From assembly GCA_934613415.1 (NCBI GenBank), contig CAKTSY010000002.1, forward strand, positions 270,001 to 302,000: 32,000 bases of DNA, read 5' to 3'. Source of the DNA: an uncultured Opitutales bacterium (GTDB taxonomy: Bacteria; Verrucomicrobiota; Verrucomicrobiia; Opitutales; Intestinicryptomonadaceae). Position numbers and translations under genes: made by a program. Of this stretch, positions 1-8,902 are shown one piece after another; positions within the stretch are counted from its first letter, which is position 1, and each line of letters starts with the position of its first letter. The notes below the pieces were generated by a model. That model was not told where the DNA came from, did no database searches, and worked only from the letters and a program-made list of their open reading frames with translations.

Positions 1-2
1 TA

Positions 3-356
3 GACGAGATTGCGCCCAAGCTTGAAGCCGAAAAGCAATCGCGTCAAAAAAACATAGACGAAATAAATTCGCAAAAAAATTTGTATGCCGAGCAGATAGA
101 AAATTTAAAGACGGCATTGGAAAACGCGCAAATAGACAGACGCCGTGCCGAAACCAGCGTTTCGCCAAAATTTTTAACCGCCTACGAAGCCGTGCTAAAA
201 AGCAAAAAACGCCTGCCTGTTATCGCCTATGTAGACGATTCGCGCTGTTCGGGCTGCCACTTAAAAATATCGTCGGACTTGGAAACTATGGCAAAGCTTG
301 CCGACAACCCCGTATTTTGCGAGCATTGCGGCAGGCTTATTTATGTGTATAGCTGA
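3..356 (+). CDS. C-terminal part of a COG1579/DUF164-type coiled-coil protein with a C4 zinc ribbon (5' end lies outside the window)
   Basis: Frame 3 is open from the window edge: DEIAPKLEAEKQSRQKNIDEINSQKN precedes the track's TTG at 81. A K/E/Q-rich coiled-coil-like segment is followed by CSGC, about 20 aa, then CEHC, which is the zinc-ribbon pair layout of zf-RING_7/COG1579 proteins. TGA stop at 354-356. Confidence 0.7.
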   Translation, partial: DEIAPKLEAEKQSRQKNIDEINSQKNLYAEQIENLKTALENAQIDRRRAETSVSPKFLTAYEAVLKSKKRLPVIAYVDDSRCSGCHLKISSDLETMAKLADNPVFCEHCGRLIYVYS

Positions 357-364
357 TTTCCCTG

Positions 365-2680
365 TTAGTCGGCTTTTGTAAGCCCGAATTTCTTCGAAAA
401 ACTTTCCAGATTGTTTGCGTTGCCTACGCACAAAACGGTGTCTAAAGCCTCTATTTTGCAGTCGGCGGCAGGCTTTGCATATTGGCCGCTGTTGCGCTTT
501 ATGCTGGTAATTTTCACCATATAAAGCCGGCTAATATCGCTTTGCGCCAAAGTTTTGCCAACAAGGGGCGAGTCGGCGGGCACAAGCAGCTTTTGCGAGT
601 ACGAGTTTAATTTTTCTTCAGCGTAAAGGTTGTCTAGGTCGTCGTTCGGGGTAAGTAATATCTTTTCGGCGGCGTCAAGCGAGAGCGGCTCGCCGTTTAA
701 AACAACAACGTCGTCGGGGTAAATTCCCGTTGTAGGCAGTATGTCGTAAATCACAAACCTGCCCCTTTTTATTGCCACAATTTCGGCCTGGGTAGAGCTT
801 CGTATGCCAAGTTCTTTTACGCTTTTGCCCGCCGCAAACGACAAGTCGCCTATGGTGATTTCGCGGAGTTGCCCGCCCCACGAATATTCGCTTTTAAGCT
901 TTTGCACCATTTCCTCTTTTCGGGCTTCGTCGGCGTTTTTAAGATGGCGGGTTAAAACCGTTAAAAAGCGGCTCTTTATTGAAGTGTTTATTGTGGAGAA
1001 TTTGCGCCAGAAAATGCCCACGCCAATAGCGGCAAAAACAACGTACATAGCAGCCGCCCTTTTGTCCAGATAGTAGGCGATAATTGCCATATATAACACC
1101 ACAAATAAAATGGCCACCATTCCCTGAAAAACTATGCGCAAAATGCTGCGCATTTTTTCGGCGGTAGCGGGTTTAATATGCGAATTTTCGAATGCTATTT
1201 TAAAAATTATCTTCGAAATAGTGTCTATGTTTTTAAGCACGCCTATAATTAGGGGGAAAGTAAGTATTGCAAGAGCCGCCCACAAGCCTATGCCCCAGTA
1301 GCCCTGAACTATTTTGCGGTCGTACAGATAGTTTAAAATTACAACGCTTACTATTATTATCGCGTTGAAAAGCACCGTATATATGCCTATCTGCAAAAAC
1401 GGGGTTATGCACGCTTTTATGTATTCGCTTTTTGCCGCCGATTGCGAAATTGTCTTTAGCATTCTGTGGTATAAGTCGAACAAAAGGGCGGCTTTGCTGG
1501 GCACAAGGCAGCTAAAGCCCGAATAGAGATTTTCGGCTTTGCCCGACATTATGGGGCTAAATATCAGCGTAAAGAACGATACCCCCATTGTTATAGAGAG
1601 AATATCGGGGCTAATGAGGTTGTAGTTTACGCCCAAGCCCGCAATTACAAAGCTAAATTCGCCTATCTGCGCCAAGTTTATCGCCGCAAAGAACGAATTT
1701 TTTGCGCTGGCTCCGCCGAACAGAATCCCCAAAAAAGTGCCAAAAGTTCTAAATACCATCAATGCCGCCGTAATGCAAACAATGGGCAGCCACATATTCA
1801 GTATAGACCCTGGCACAATCTTTGTTCCTATCGAGACAAAAAACAGTGCTATAAACAAGTTTCTAAAGGGGCTAGACAAATTTTCTATGCGGTTCGAAAC
1901 GGCGGTTCCCGAAATTATAGAGCCCGCCAAAAACGCGCCCAATGCCTGCGACAGCTGCGCAATTTCGGCAAGCTGGCCAAGCCCCAAAACCAGCAGGAAC
2001 GTGAACATTACAAGCAGCTGCGCGTTTTCCGAAAATGCTATTTTTTTAAGCAGGTACGGCGCGCAAAGCTTGCCTATTACAAACACGCTTACTACAAAGG
2101 TTATCATAACCGACAGCTTTTGCACCATTTGCATTGCCATATTTTGCGAATCGCCCACCGACGACTGCGCCGCCATACCCGAAATGCCTACAAGCAAAAA
2201 TATGGCGAAAAGGTCTTCCAAAATTAAAACGCCAATCGAAATTTGCGCAAATTCCTTCGACATTTGTCCCCTCTGGGTAAAGTGCTCTACAATTACTATT
2301 GTGGAATTCATCGCCAAAATTGCGCCCAAAAACACACCTTCGGTTGCGGTCATATGCATTACTTTTGCCGCCGCCATGCCCAAAAGCGCCATCGAAAGCA
2401 TTTGAAATGTTATCCCAAAAAAGCTGGGCACAAAAACCTTCTTCAGCTTTTCAAGGTTAAACTCCATGCCTATAAAAAACATCATAAAAAGCACGCCAAG
2501 CTCGCCTATCTGGTTAATGCTTGCGCTGTCGTGCAGCAAATTGCACACGGGCGAAAGCAAAATGCCCGTAATTATATAGCCCAAAATGGGGGGCTGTTTC
2601 AGAAAAGTCGACAGCAGTGTGGCGGCCGCTGCAAACACGGCAATTATTGCCAAGTCTTCTATGAGGAAAAAGTGTTCCAT
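365..2680 (-). CDS. CPA2-family cation:proton antiporter (Kef-like) with an extra membrane block and two C-terminal RCK_C/TrkA_C domains
   Basis: 771-aa ORF with ATG at 2678-2680. The first ~390 aa are a continuous run of hydrophobic helices typical of Na_H_Exchanger domains (GELGVLFMMFFIGMEF, GAFLAGSII). Residues ~430-570 add about 4 more hydrophobic helices. The last ~170 aa hold two RCK_C-like repeats (REITIGDLSFAAGKSVKELGIRSSTQAEIVAIKRG and LLVPADSPLVGKTLAQSDISRLYMVKITSIKRN). No Rossmann RCK_N motif is seen. Confidence 0.8.
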   Translation of the reverse strand: MEHFFLIEDLAIIAVFAAAATLLSTFLKQPPILGYIITGILLSPVCNLLHDSASINQIGELGVLFMMFFIGMEFNLEKLKKVFVPSFFGITFQMLSMALLGMAAAKVMHMTATEGVFLGAILAMNSTIVIVEHFTQRGQMSKEFAQISIGVLILEDLFAIFLLVGISGMAAQSSVGDSQNMAMQMVQKLSVMITFVVSVFVIGKLCAPYLLKKIAFSENAQLLVMFTFLLVLGLGQLAEIAQLSQALGAFLAGSIISGTAVSNRIENLSSPFRNLFIALFFVSIGTKIVPGSILNMWLPIVCITAALMVFRTFGTFLGILFGGASAKNSFFAAINLAQIGEFSFVIAGLGVNYNLISPDILSITMGVSFFTLIFSPIMSGKAENLYSGFSCLVPSKAALLFDLYHRMLKTISQSAAKSEYIKACITPFLQIGIYTVLFNAIIIVSVVILNYLYDRKIVQGYWGIGLWAALAILTFPLIIGVLKNIDTISKIIFKIAFENSHIKPATAEKMRSILRIVFQGMVAILFVVLYMAIIAYYLDKRAAAMYVVFAAIGVGIFWRKFSTINTSIKSRFLTVLTRHLKNADEARKEEMVQKLKSEYSWGGQLREITIGDLSFAAGKSVKELGIRSSTQAEIVAIKRGRFVIYDILPTTGIYPDDVVVLNGEPLSLDAAEKILLTPNDDLDNLYAEEKLNSYSQKLLVPADSPLVGKTLAQSDISRLYMVKITSIKRNSGQYAKPAADCKIEALDTVLCVGNANNLESFSKKFGLTKAD

Positions 2681-2775
2681 TTTATATAAGCAAGCGTTGA
2701 AAAACAGCCCTTTTATACATATAAAGAACGCGTTTTTTGCAATATATAAATTGCGGTTTTTTTAAAGCAATTTTC

Positions 2776-2804
2776 TTGACTTGAAAACGGGGTATTTGTA
2801 GATT
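2776..2804 (+). promoter_or_regulatory. Candidate sigma70-type promoter for the Tat oxidoreductase gene
   Basis: TTGACT (2776-2781), a 17-nt spacer, then TAGATT (2799-2804), in the 235-bp divergent intergenic region. Motif match only. Confidence 0.3.
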
Positions 2805-2820
2805 GTCTCGCAATTTCACA

Positions 2821-2863
2821 TATGCATTTTGCAATGCATACACACTAAGGCGGCATTCGCCTT
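2821..2863 (+). promoter_or_regulatory. Perfect 8+8 inverted repeat plus an adjacent 6-bp hairpin in the predicted 5' leader
   Basis: TATGCATT (2821-2828), ttgc, AATGCATA (2833-2840) form a perfect inverted repeat. AAGGCG (2847-2852), gcatt, CGCCTT (2858-2863) form a second hairpin. Both lie between the candidate -10 element and the ATG at 2916. Confidence 0.3.
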
Positions 2864-2915
2864 ATTGGTGGGGAACAAAAACAATTATCATAAAAACCAA
2901 CAAACAGTATATATA

Positions 2916-4313
2916 ATGAAAACAAGCAGAAGAAACTTCATAAAGTCGGCAATGGCTTCGACATTCGGTTTTAGCGTATTGCCAAGCTGGGTTGCGTGTG
3001 CTTCTACAAGCCCGAACTCGAAACTTAACGTTGCAATTGTAGGCGCAGGCGGCAGGGGCACGGCTGCGGTTAACGAACTTTGCACATACGATAAGGTAAA
3101 CGTTGTTGCATTTTGCGATGTGGACGACGAAAGAGCGGCCCAAAGCTACAGAAAATTTCCCGATGTTTTGCGCACAAGCGACTACCGCAGAATGTTGGAC
3201 AAGCTCGGCAAAGATATAGACGCCGTTGCAATTTGCACGCCCGACCACGCGCACTATCCCATAGCCACTTGGGCGATGGAAATGGGCAAACACATTTACG
3301 TTGAAAAGCCCCTTACCCGCACAATTAAAGAATCTAGAATGCTTAAGGACTTTGCGGTTAAAAACCCGCAGTTGATTACCCAAATGGGCAATCAGGGCCA
3401 CACCTACGAAGGCTGGCGCAAGCTTAAGGAATGGAACGACGCAGGCATTTTCGGCGACATAGTTGAAATCCACCACTGGACAGACCGTCCTTTCTGGCCC
3501 CAAGGCGCGTTGCCCTGGCCCGACGGCAAGCAGAAAATTCCCGCCACGCTGGACTACAAATTGTGGCTAAACGTTGCTCCCAAAAAGCACAAATACGCGA
3601 AAGAAGCTTTGGCGTTCAACTGGCGCGGTATCCGCGACTTTGGTACGGGTTCTTTGGGCGATATGGGCTGCCACTTTATGGACTGGGGCTACTCGGCGTT
3701 GGATTTGGGCTTCCCCACAAAAATTTCGGGTTGGAGCACAGAGTTTAACGACTACAGCTGGCCTTTGGAAGCTACCGCAGTATTCGAATTTGCGGGCAAA
3801 AACGGCAAAACCATTAAATTGTATTGGTACGACGGCAAGAAAAAGAAGCCCGTTGCCGCAAACTTCCCCTGCAACAGCAAAATTCCGCAGTCGGAAATCG
3901 ACAAACTAAAGAACGGCTCGATTGTAATCGGCACAAAAGAAAGCGCAATTTGCACAGACCCCTACGGCAACGGCACAATGATATATCCGCGTCCGAGAAT
4001 GGTTGAATTGGCAAAAGGCGGCAAGTTGCCGGCTCCCTCGATTCCCAGAATCAAAAACGGCCCGCACCGCAACTGGGCAGACTCGTGCATTGCGGGGCAC
4101 AAGGCGGTTTCCGACTTGGCTACCTACGCATGCGACTTTAACCAGGTTGTGCTTTTGGGGCTTATTCCCAACTTCTTCCCCGGCAGAACATTGGAATACG
4201 ATGGCAAGAAGGGCGAATTTACCAATATCAAAGAAGCCAACAAATATCTGCAAAGCAGCTACGAATATAATAAGGAATTCCTCATTTCCGAAAAATTCAA
4301 CCCAATGGCTTAA
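2916..4313 (+). CDS. Tat-exported Gfo/Idh/MocA-family NAD(P)-dependent oxidoreductase (possibly GH109-like)
   Basis: I moved the start to ATG 2916 (MKTSRRNFIKSAMA...), which gives a textbook twin-arginine motif SRRNFIK followed by a hydrophobic stretch and ACA. Rossmann motif VAIVGAGGRGTAAV and Gfo/Idh/MocA signature YVEKPLTRT are present. The track's TTG at 2829 adds 29 non-signal-like residues. Confidence 0.85.
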   Translation: MKTSRRNFIKSAMASTFGFSVLPSWVACASTSPNSKLNVAIVGAGGRGTAAVNELCTYDKVNVVAFCDVDDERAAQSYRKFPDVLRTSDYRRMLDKLGKDIDAVAICTPDHAHYPIATWAMEMGKHIYVEKPLTRTIKESRMLKDFAVKNPQLITQMGNQGHTYEGWRKLKEWNDAGIFGDIVEIHHWTDRPFWPQGALPWPDGKQKIPATLDYKLWLNVAPKKHKYAKEALAFNWRGIRDFGTGSLGDMGCHFMDWGYSALDLGFPTKISGWSTEFNDYSWPLEATAVFEFAGKNGKTIKLYWYDGKKKKPVAANFPCNSKIPQSEIDKLKNGSIVIGTKESAICTDPYGNGTMIYPRPRMVELAKGGKLPAPSIPRIKNGPHRNWADSCIAGHKAVSDLATYACDFNQVVLLGLIPNFFPGRTLEYDGKKGEFTNIKEANKYLQSSYEYNKEFLISEKFNPMA

Positions 4314-4341
4314 TTGCACATATTTTAATTGAATAGACAAA

Positions 4342-4374
4342 GGCCGCCAAAGGATTTCCCTTGGCGGCTTTTTG
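4342..4374 (+). terminator. Rho-independent terminator after the oxidoreductase gene
   Basis: GGCCGCCAAAGG, attt, CCCTTGGCGGC stem-loop followed by TTTTT (4369-4373), about 30 nt after the stop codon. Confidence 0.7.
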
Positions 4375-4387
4375 CATTCTATTGCGG

Positions 4388-4415
4388 CTTACATTTGCAA
4401 AGATTTTTATATAAT
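4388..4415 (+). promoter_or_regulatory. Candidate promoter for the methyltransferase/pgi unit
   Basis: CTTACA (4388-4393), a 16-nt spacer, then a perfect TATAAT (4410-4415), about 88 nt upstream of ATG 4503. Motif match only. Confidence 0.35.
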
Positions 4416-4502
4416 TTAGGAAGCCAAGTTTTTGTTCTGCTTTCGAAGAATGCAACTGCTTTTTTGTTTGATTTTTAGGCGATTATATTCGATATTCGTA
4501 AA

Positions 4503-5378
4503 ATGCAAAATTTTGTAGGCAACGCCATAAATGTATCGAATTCGCAATGGGGCGAATACGAACTTTTAGACAGCGGCGACAGGTTAAAACTTGAAAGGTT
4601 CGGCAACGTTGTTGTTGTAAGAAGCGAGCCCAAAGCCTGGTGGAAGCCGTCTTTGCCGAAAAGCGAGTGGCAAAAATGCAATGCAAGATATTTCGACGAC
4701 GACAAAAAAAATTCGGCGTGGAAGTTTTTTGGCGGCAAGGCAAAAGCCCCCGTTTTAAATTATGGCAACATTAAATTTGCAACAAAGTTTATGGACGGCT
4801 CGAAGCACCTGGGGGTGTTCCCCGAGCAGGAGCCGCACTGGCGTTTAATTGCTCAAAAGGCGCGAAAAGGGGCAAAACTTTTAAATTTATTCGGCTATAC
4901 CGGGGCTGCAACTTTGGTTGCGGCAAATGCCGGCTACGAAGTTGTGCATGTAGACGCTTCTAAACCCTCTATAGACTGGGCAAGGCAAAACCAGCTTTTA
5001 AGCGGGTTGGAAAATAAACCCGTGCGCTGGATTTTAGACGATGCCCTAAAATTTGTAAAACGCCAAGAGCGCAAGGGCGCAAGCTACGATGCCATTGTTT
5101 TAGACCCTCCGGCTTTCGGCAGAGGCCCAAAAAAAGAGCTTTGGAAGCTAGAAAAAATGCTGCCCGAGTTGCTCGAAAGCTGCGCTGCAATTTTGTCTAA
5201 AAACCCGCTGTTTGTTATAATGACACTTTATTCTATAGAGGCGTCTTCGATAATGGCGGCAAATATGCTTAAAAAATTCTTCCCCAGTGCCGCCGAAATT
5301 ACCGCGGGCGAGCTTGTGCTTAAAAACGAAACGCCGCTTCCTCTTTCGATATATTCGGTGGCAAGCTGGCAACAATAA
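4503..5378 (+). CDS. Class I SAM-dependent methyltransferase, COG1092/Methyltrans_SAM type (RlmI-like catalytic domain without PUA)
   Basis: [16 protein letters not shown]-terminal motif. SAM motif [20 protein letters not shown] followed by VHVDAS. Motif [11 protein letters not shown]. The 291-aa length fits the short members of this family. Confidence 0.75.
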   Translation: MQNFVGNAINVSNSQWGEYELLDSGDRLKLERFGNVVVVRSEPKAWWKPSLPKSEWQKCNARYFDDDKKNSAWKFFGGKAKAPVLNYGNIKFATKFMDGSKHLGVFPEQEPHWRLIAQKARKGAKLLNLFGYTGAATLVAANAGYEVVHVDASKPSIDWARQNQLLSGLENKPVRWILDDALKFVKRQERKGASYDAIVLDPPAFGRGPKKELWKLEKMLPELLESCAAILSKNPLFVIMTLYSIEASSIMAANMLKKFFPSAAEITAGELVLKNETPLPLSIYSVASWQQ

Positions 5379-5412
5379 ATTTCAAAAAAATCATAAAAAA
5401 GGAAACAACAAA

Positions 5413-6984
5413 ATGGATTGGCAAAGATTCAAAAACTACAACGTGGCTGTAAAGCCCCTTAACATATCCGTAGACTTTAGCAGAATAAGCTTCGACGGTG
5501 CGTTTTTCGACACAATGAAGCCGAAAATGGAAAAGGCGTTTGCCGATATGAAAGCTTTGGAAGGCGGCGCAATTGCCAATATAGACGAAAACAGAATGGT
5601 TGGCCACTACTGGCTTAGAAATTCTAAAGTTGCCCCCACTGCCGAAATCGCAAACGAAATAGACGAAAACATTAAAAACATTAAGGCATTTGCCGAAAAA
5701 ATCCATTCGGGCGAAATTAAAAGCCAAAAGGGCTATAAGTTTGAAAACCTGCTTTGCTTGGGCATTGGCGGTTCGGCTTTGGGCCCGCAGTTTGTTGCCG
5801 AAGCTTTGGGAGACCCGAAGTCCGACAAAATGAAGGTGTTCTTTATGGACAATACCGACCCCGACGGCTTTGACACGGTTCTTAAAAAGATTGGCGACAA
5901 CCTCGACAAAACTTTGGTTGTTGTAACTTCGAAATCGGGCGGAACACCCGAGCCGCGCAACGCTATGCTGGAAACCATTAGCGCATACGAAAAGGCCGGC
6001 TTAAAGTTTGGCGCGCATGCGGTTGTAACAACGGGCAAAAACAGCAAATTGTATAACTTTTCGAAAGAAATAGGTGTTTTGGCACAGTTCCCGATGTGGG
6101 ACTGGGTTGGCGGCAGAACAAGCGAAATGGCGGCTGTTGGCCTGTTGCCCGCCGCTTTGCAGGGCGTAGATATAGACGCTATGCTAAACGGGGCTGCCGC
6201 TATGGACGAAGCGACCCGCTGCAACCAAATTAAGCAAAACCCCGCAGCAATGCTTGCCTTGGCTTGGTATTATTGCACGGGCGGCGCAGGCAAAAAAGAT
6301 ATGGTTATTTTGCCCTATAAAGACAGGCTTATATTGGCCTCGCGCTATTTGCAGCAGCTTATAATGGAATCGCTCGGCAAAGAGTTAGACTTAAACGGCA
6401 ACAAAGTAGAGCAGGGTATAAGCGTATACGGCAACAAGGGTTCTACAGACCAACACGCTTTTGTTCAGCAACTTAGAGACGGCGTAAACAACTTCTTTGT
6501 AACCTTTATAGAAGTTCTTAAAAACCGCGAAGGCGAAAGCGTTTCGGTTGAAGACCATATTACCGCTGGCGACTATTTGCAGGGCTTTTTGCTTGGCACA
6601 AGAGAAGCTTTAAGCGCAAAGAACAGGGAAAACCTTACAATTACCCTTCCCGATGTTTCGGCGCAAAGCGTTGGTGCTTTAATTGCACTTTTCGAAAGGG
6701 CAACGGGCTTTTATGCAAGCTTAATTAACATTAACGCCTATCACCAACCCGGTGTCGAAGCGGGCAAAAAAGCCGCAAATTCCATACTGCAAAAGAAGGT
6801 AAAAATTGTCCAATTCTTAGAGGAAAACAAGGGCGAATTTACCGCCGAAGAAATAGCTGCAAAAATTGGGCTTGAAAACGAAACGGAAATAGTATTTAAA
6901 TTGTTGTCGAATTTAGCTTTCAATTCTGCTTGGGGCGTAAAAGTTTCTGGCGGCGAAGGCTTCGAGCAAAAATTTACCAAATAA
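5413..6984 (+). CDS. pgi: Glucose-6-phosphate isomerase
   Basis: Start set at ATG 5413 ([10 protein letters not shown]), preceded by AAGGAAA. The track's upstream extension overlaps the previous gene. PGI/SIS motifs are present: [32 protein letters not shown], and [19 protein letters not shown]. Confidence 0.9.
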   Translation: MDWQRFKNYNVAVKPLNISVDFSRISFDGAFFDTMKPKMEKAFADMKALEGGAIANIDENRMVGHYWLRNSKVAPTAEIANEIDENIKNIKAFAEKIHSGEIKSQKGYKFENLLCLGIGGSALGPQFVAEALGDPKSDKMKVFFMDNTDPDGFDTVLKKIGDNLDKTLVVVTSKSGGTPEPRNAMLETISAYEKAGLKFGAHAVVTTGKNSKLYNFSKEIGVLAQFPMWDWVGGRTSEMAAVGLLPAALQGVDIDAMLNGAAAMDEATRCNQIKQNPAAMLALAWYYCTGGAGKKDMVILPYKDRLILASRYLQQLIMESLGKELDLNGNKVEQGISVYGNKGSTDQHAFVQQLRDGVNNFFVTFIEVLKNREGESVSVEDHITAGDYLQGFLLGTREALSAKNRENLTITLPDVSAQSVGALIALFERATGFYASLININAYHQPGVEAGKKAANSILQKKVKIVQFLEENKGEFTAEEIAAKIGLENETEIVFKLLSNLAFNSAWGVKVSGGEGFEQKFTK

Positions 6985-7000
6985 AACACTAAGGAATTAA

Positions 7001-7912
7001 ATGAAACTACTCTCCATATTACTCCGAGTTCTTGCAGTTGCAGGCGCGGGCTTTTGCGCGTTTGTGTGGTTCGATACAAAGGGCAAAACCTCAACCTCGA
7101 TGGAACACATGAAAGACGTGCAGGGCGAAACTTTGCAGGACAAAACTGCAAAAGTTCCCACCATACTAAAGAACAAAGCCGCCACCGAAAAGAACCTTAA
7201 AGCCACAACCGAAAAGTTGAAGGACACCCAATCGAAATTGGCAGATACCGATTCGGACTTGCAGAACGAAAGGGCAAGAATGGTTCAGGCCAACAGCGAC
7301 TTGGTAAAAAAGAATTCCGAGTTAAGGCAGGTTAAGTCGAACTTGGCTTCTGTAAAGAGTCAAATTTCGGAAAAAGACGACAGAATTTCGGTTTTGGAAT
7401 CGGAATTGTTGAAAATTAAGAACGACTACGAACCGATTATTGCAAGCCTTAAAAAGCAAATAGCCGAAAAAGAAGCGGCATTGGCGGCAAAAGACAGCGA
7501 AATGGCAGAAGCCATTAAAAAGGCCGAAGAAGCCGCTGTCGAAAAAATGCAGCAGGTTGTTGAAATCGACGAAAAAACGGGCAAAAAAGTTGTAAAAATG
7601 GTTAAAAAGACCGAGCCTTACAAGGCTACCGGCGAAATGGCGGCCGTTTTGAAGACCGATATGGCTCGCAAGCTTTTTGTAATCAACAAGGGCAAAGCCG
7701 ACAAGTTGAGCGACAATTTGGCGTTGCAAATTAAAAACGAAGGCAAGTTCATTGCCGATATCGTTGTAGTTTCGGCCGACGAAAAGATTGCAGTTTGCGC
7801 CGTTCTTAACGACGAAAACGGCTTGTCGGAACGCATAGAAGAAGGCGACGTTTACGAATTGTGTCCTGCCCCTGTTGTAGAAGACAAAAAGGCCGAAAAG
7901 AAGGCCGAGTAG
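7001..7912 (+). CDS. Membrane-anchored coiled-coil protein of unknown function
   Basis: AAGGA lies 6 nt upstream of the ATG, 16 nt after the pgi stop. N-terminal hydrophobic helix (LLSILLRVLAVAGAGFCAFVWF). About 170 aa of K/E/S/L-rich heptad-like sequence. C-terminal ~80 aa with alternating hydrophobic pattern (KLFVINKGKADKL...KFIADIVVVSADEKIAVCAVL...EEGDVYEL). No family recognised. Confidence 0.6.
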   Translation: MKLLSILLRVLAVAGAGFCAFVWFDTKGKTSTSMEHMKDVQGETLQDKTAKVPTILKNKAATEKNLKATTEKLKDTQSKLADTDSDLQNERARMVQANSDLVKKNSELRQVKSNLASVKSQISEKDDRISVLESELLKIKNDYEPIIASLKKQIAEKEAALAAKDSEMAEAIKKAEEAAVEKMQQVVEIDEKTGKKVVKMVKKTEPYKATGEMAAVLKTDMARKLFVINKGKADKLSDNLALQIKNEGKFIADIVVVSADEKIAVCAVLNDENGLSERIEEGDVYELCPAPVVEDKKAEKKAE

Positions 7913-7922
7913 TTTGCTGTTT

Positions 7923-8132
7923 ATGAAAAAGTTCTTGGCTATAATCTTTGCCTCGCTGGCGCTTTCGGCATTGTTTGTCGGGTGCCAGTCCGACGATTCT
8001 TCGTCGAACCGCAGAGGGCCAAAGCCCCGCCGCGAAACATCGGGCGGAAGTTTGCCGTGGGCGCGCCCCGCCGATTGGGAGGGCGGTTTGCCCGGAATGG
8101 GCAGCCTTAACAACGGGCCGAGAAACTATTAA
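7923..8132 (+). CDS. Small (69 aa) putative lipoprotein with a G/P/R/S-rich, probably disordered mature part
   Basis: MKKFLAIIFASLALSALFVG-C is a signal peptide with a lipobox-like FVGC. It starts 10 nt after the previous stop and is followed by a strong terminator. Start chosen at ATG 7923 rather than the track's TTG 7914. Confidence 0.5.
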   Translation: MKKFLAIIFASLALSALFVGCQSDDSSSNRRGPKPRRETSGGSLPWARPADWEGGLPGMGSLNNGPRNY

Positions 8133-8142
8133 AACCAAATTT

Positions 8143-8176
8143 AAAATCTGCAACAAATGCGTTGCAGATTTTTTTG
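8143..8176 (+). terminator. Rho-independent terminator ending the pgi / coiled-coil / lipoprotein unit
   Basis: AAAATCTGCAAC (8143-8154), aaatgc, GTTGCAGATTTT (8161-8172), running into a T-run through 8175. Confidence 0.75.
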
Positions 8177-8335
8177 CGCCCCGAAGACGGCGGCTTGCAG
8201 ATTTTGAAAAGCAATATGCGTTTTTTTAGCTTTTTGCGGAGCTTTGTTTTTGGGATATTTCAGGCAAATATTTTGCATAATTTGTCTTTTAACAAAGGCA
8301 ATACTATGCCAATATCTTACGCTAAATAAGTTATT

Positions 8336-8896
8336 ATGGATAAATTGATATTGGCATCAAAGTCGCCTAGGCGCAGTTTGCTTTTGCGCGAAAGCGGTAT
8401 AGATTTCGAGGTAATTGCCTCGAACGCAACCGAGGTTGTAGTCGCCGAAACGCCGCGAATGCTTGTAGAGCAAAACGCGCTAATTAAGGCGCAAAGCGTT
8501 GCCGAAAATTATCCCGACAGGCTCGTTATGGGCGCCGATACCATTGTTGCCTTAAACAATGCCGTGTTCGGCAAGCCGAAAGACGAAAAAGAGGCTTTGC
8601 AAATGCTTAAAACTCTTTCGGGCAAAAACCACAGCGTTTTTACAGCGGTAGCTTTTGTATGCAAAAGCAAAAACATAAAAAAAGTCTCTTCGCAGGAAAG
8701 CAAAGTAAAATTTAAGAATTTAAGCGAAAGCGAAATTTTAGCCTACATAAAAGCCGTGTATGTTTTGGACAAAGCAGGGGCTTATGCAGCTCAGGAAAAC
8801 GGCTCGATGATAATCGAAAAAATAGACGGCGACTTCGACAATGTAATGGGGCTTCCGTGCAAGCTGGTAAAAGAAATGCTCGCTTTAGTAAAATAG
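8336..8896 (+). CDS. maf: Maf-family nucleoside triphosphate pyrophosphatase (septum formation inhibitor-like)
   Basis: LILASKSPRR N-terminal motif, MGADTIVAL, HSVFTAVAF, GAYAAQENG and NVMGLP motifs. Length of 186 aa is typical for Maf. Confidence 0.9.
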   Translation: MDKLILASKSPRRSLLLRESGIDFEVIASNATEVVVAETPRMLVEQNALIKAQSVAENYPDRLVMGADTIVALNNAVFGKPKDEKEALQMLKTLSGKNHSVFTAVAFVCKSKNIKKVSSQESKVKFKNLSESEILAYIKAVYVLDKAGAYAAQENGSMIIEKIDGDFDNVMGLPCKLVKEMLALVK

Positions 8897-8902
8897 CGCA
8901 AA

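Noticed and set aside
4395-4415. TTGCAA at 4395-4400 paired with TATAAT at 4410-4415 as a promoter
   Set aside because: The spacer is only 9 nt, which is incompatible with sigma70 geometry. The same TATAAT pairs acceptably with CTTACA at 4388-4393 (16-nt spacer), and that pairing is the one reported as a low-confidence feature.
5287-5412. ORF-track upstream extensions of pgi (5287), the Tat oxidoreductase (2829, TTG) and prs (19146)
   Set aside because: The extensions overlap the preceding gene or add residues that precede a canonical N-terminus (MDWQRF for PGI, the MKTSRRNFIK Tat signal, MKLDNLKIFTG for Prs). The internal ATGs fit family lengths.
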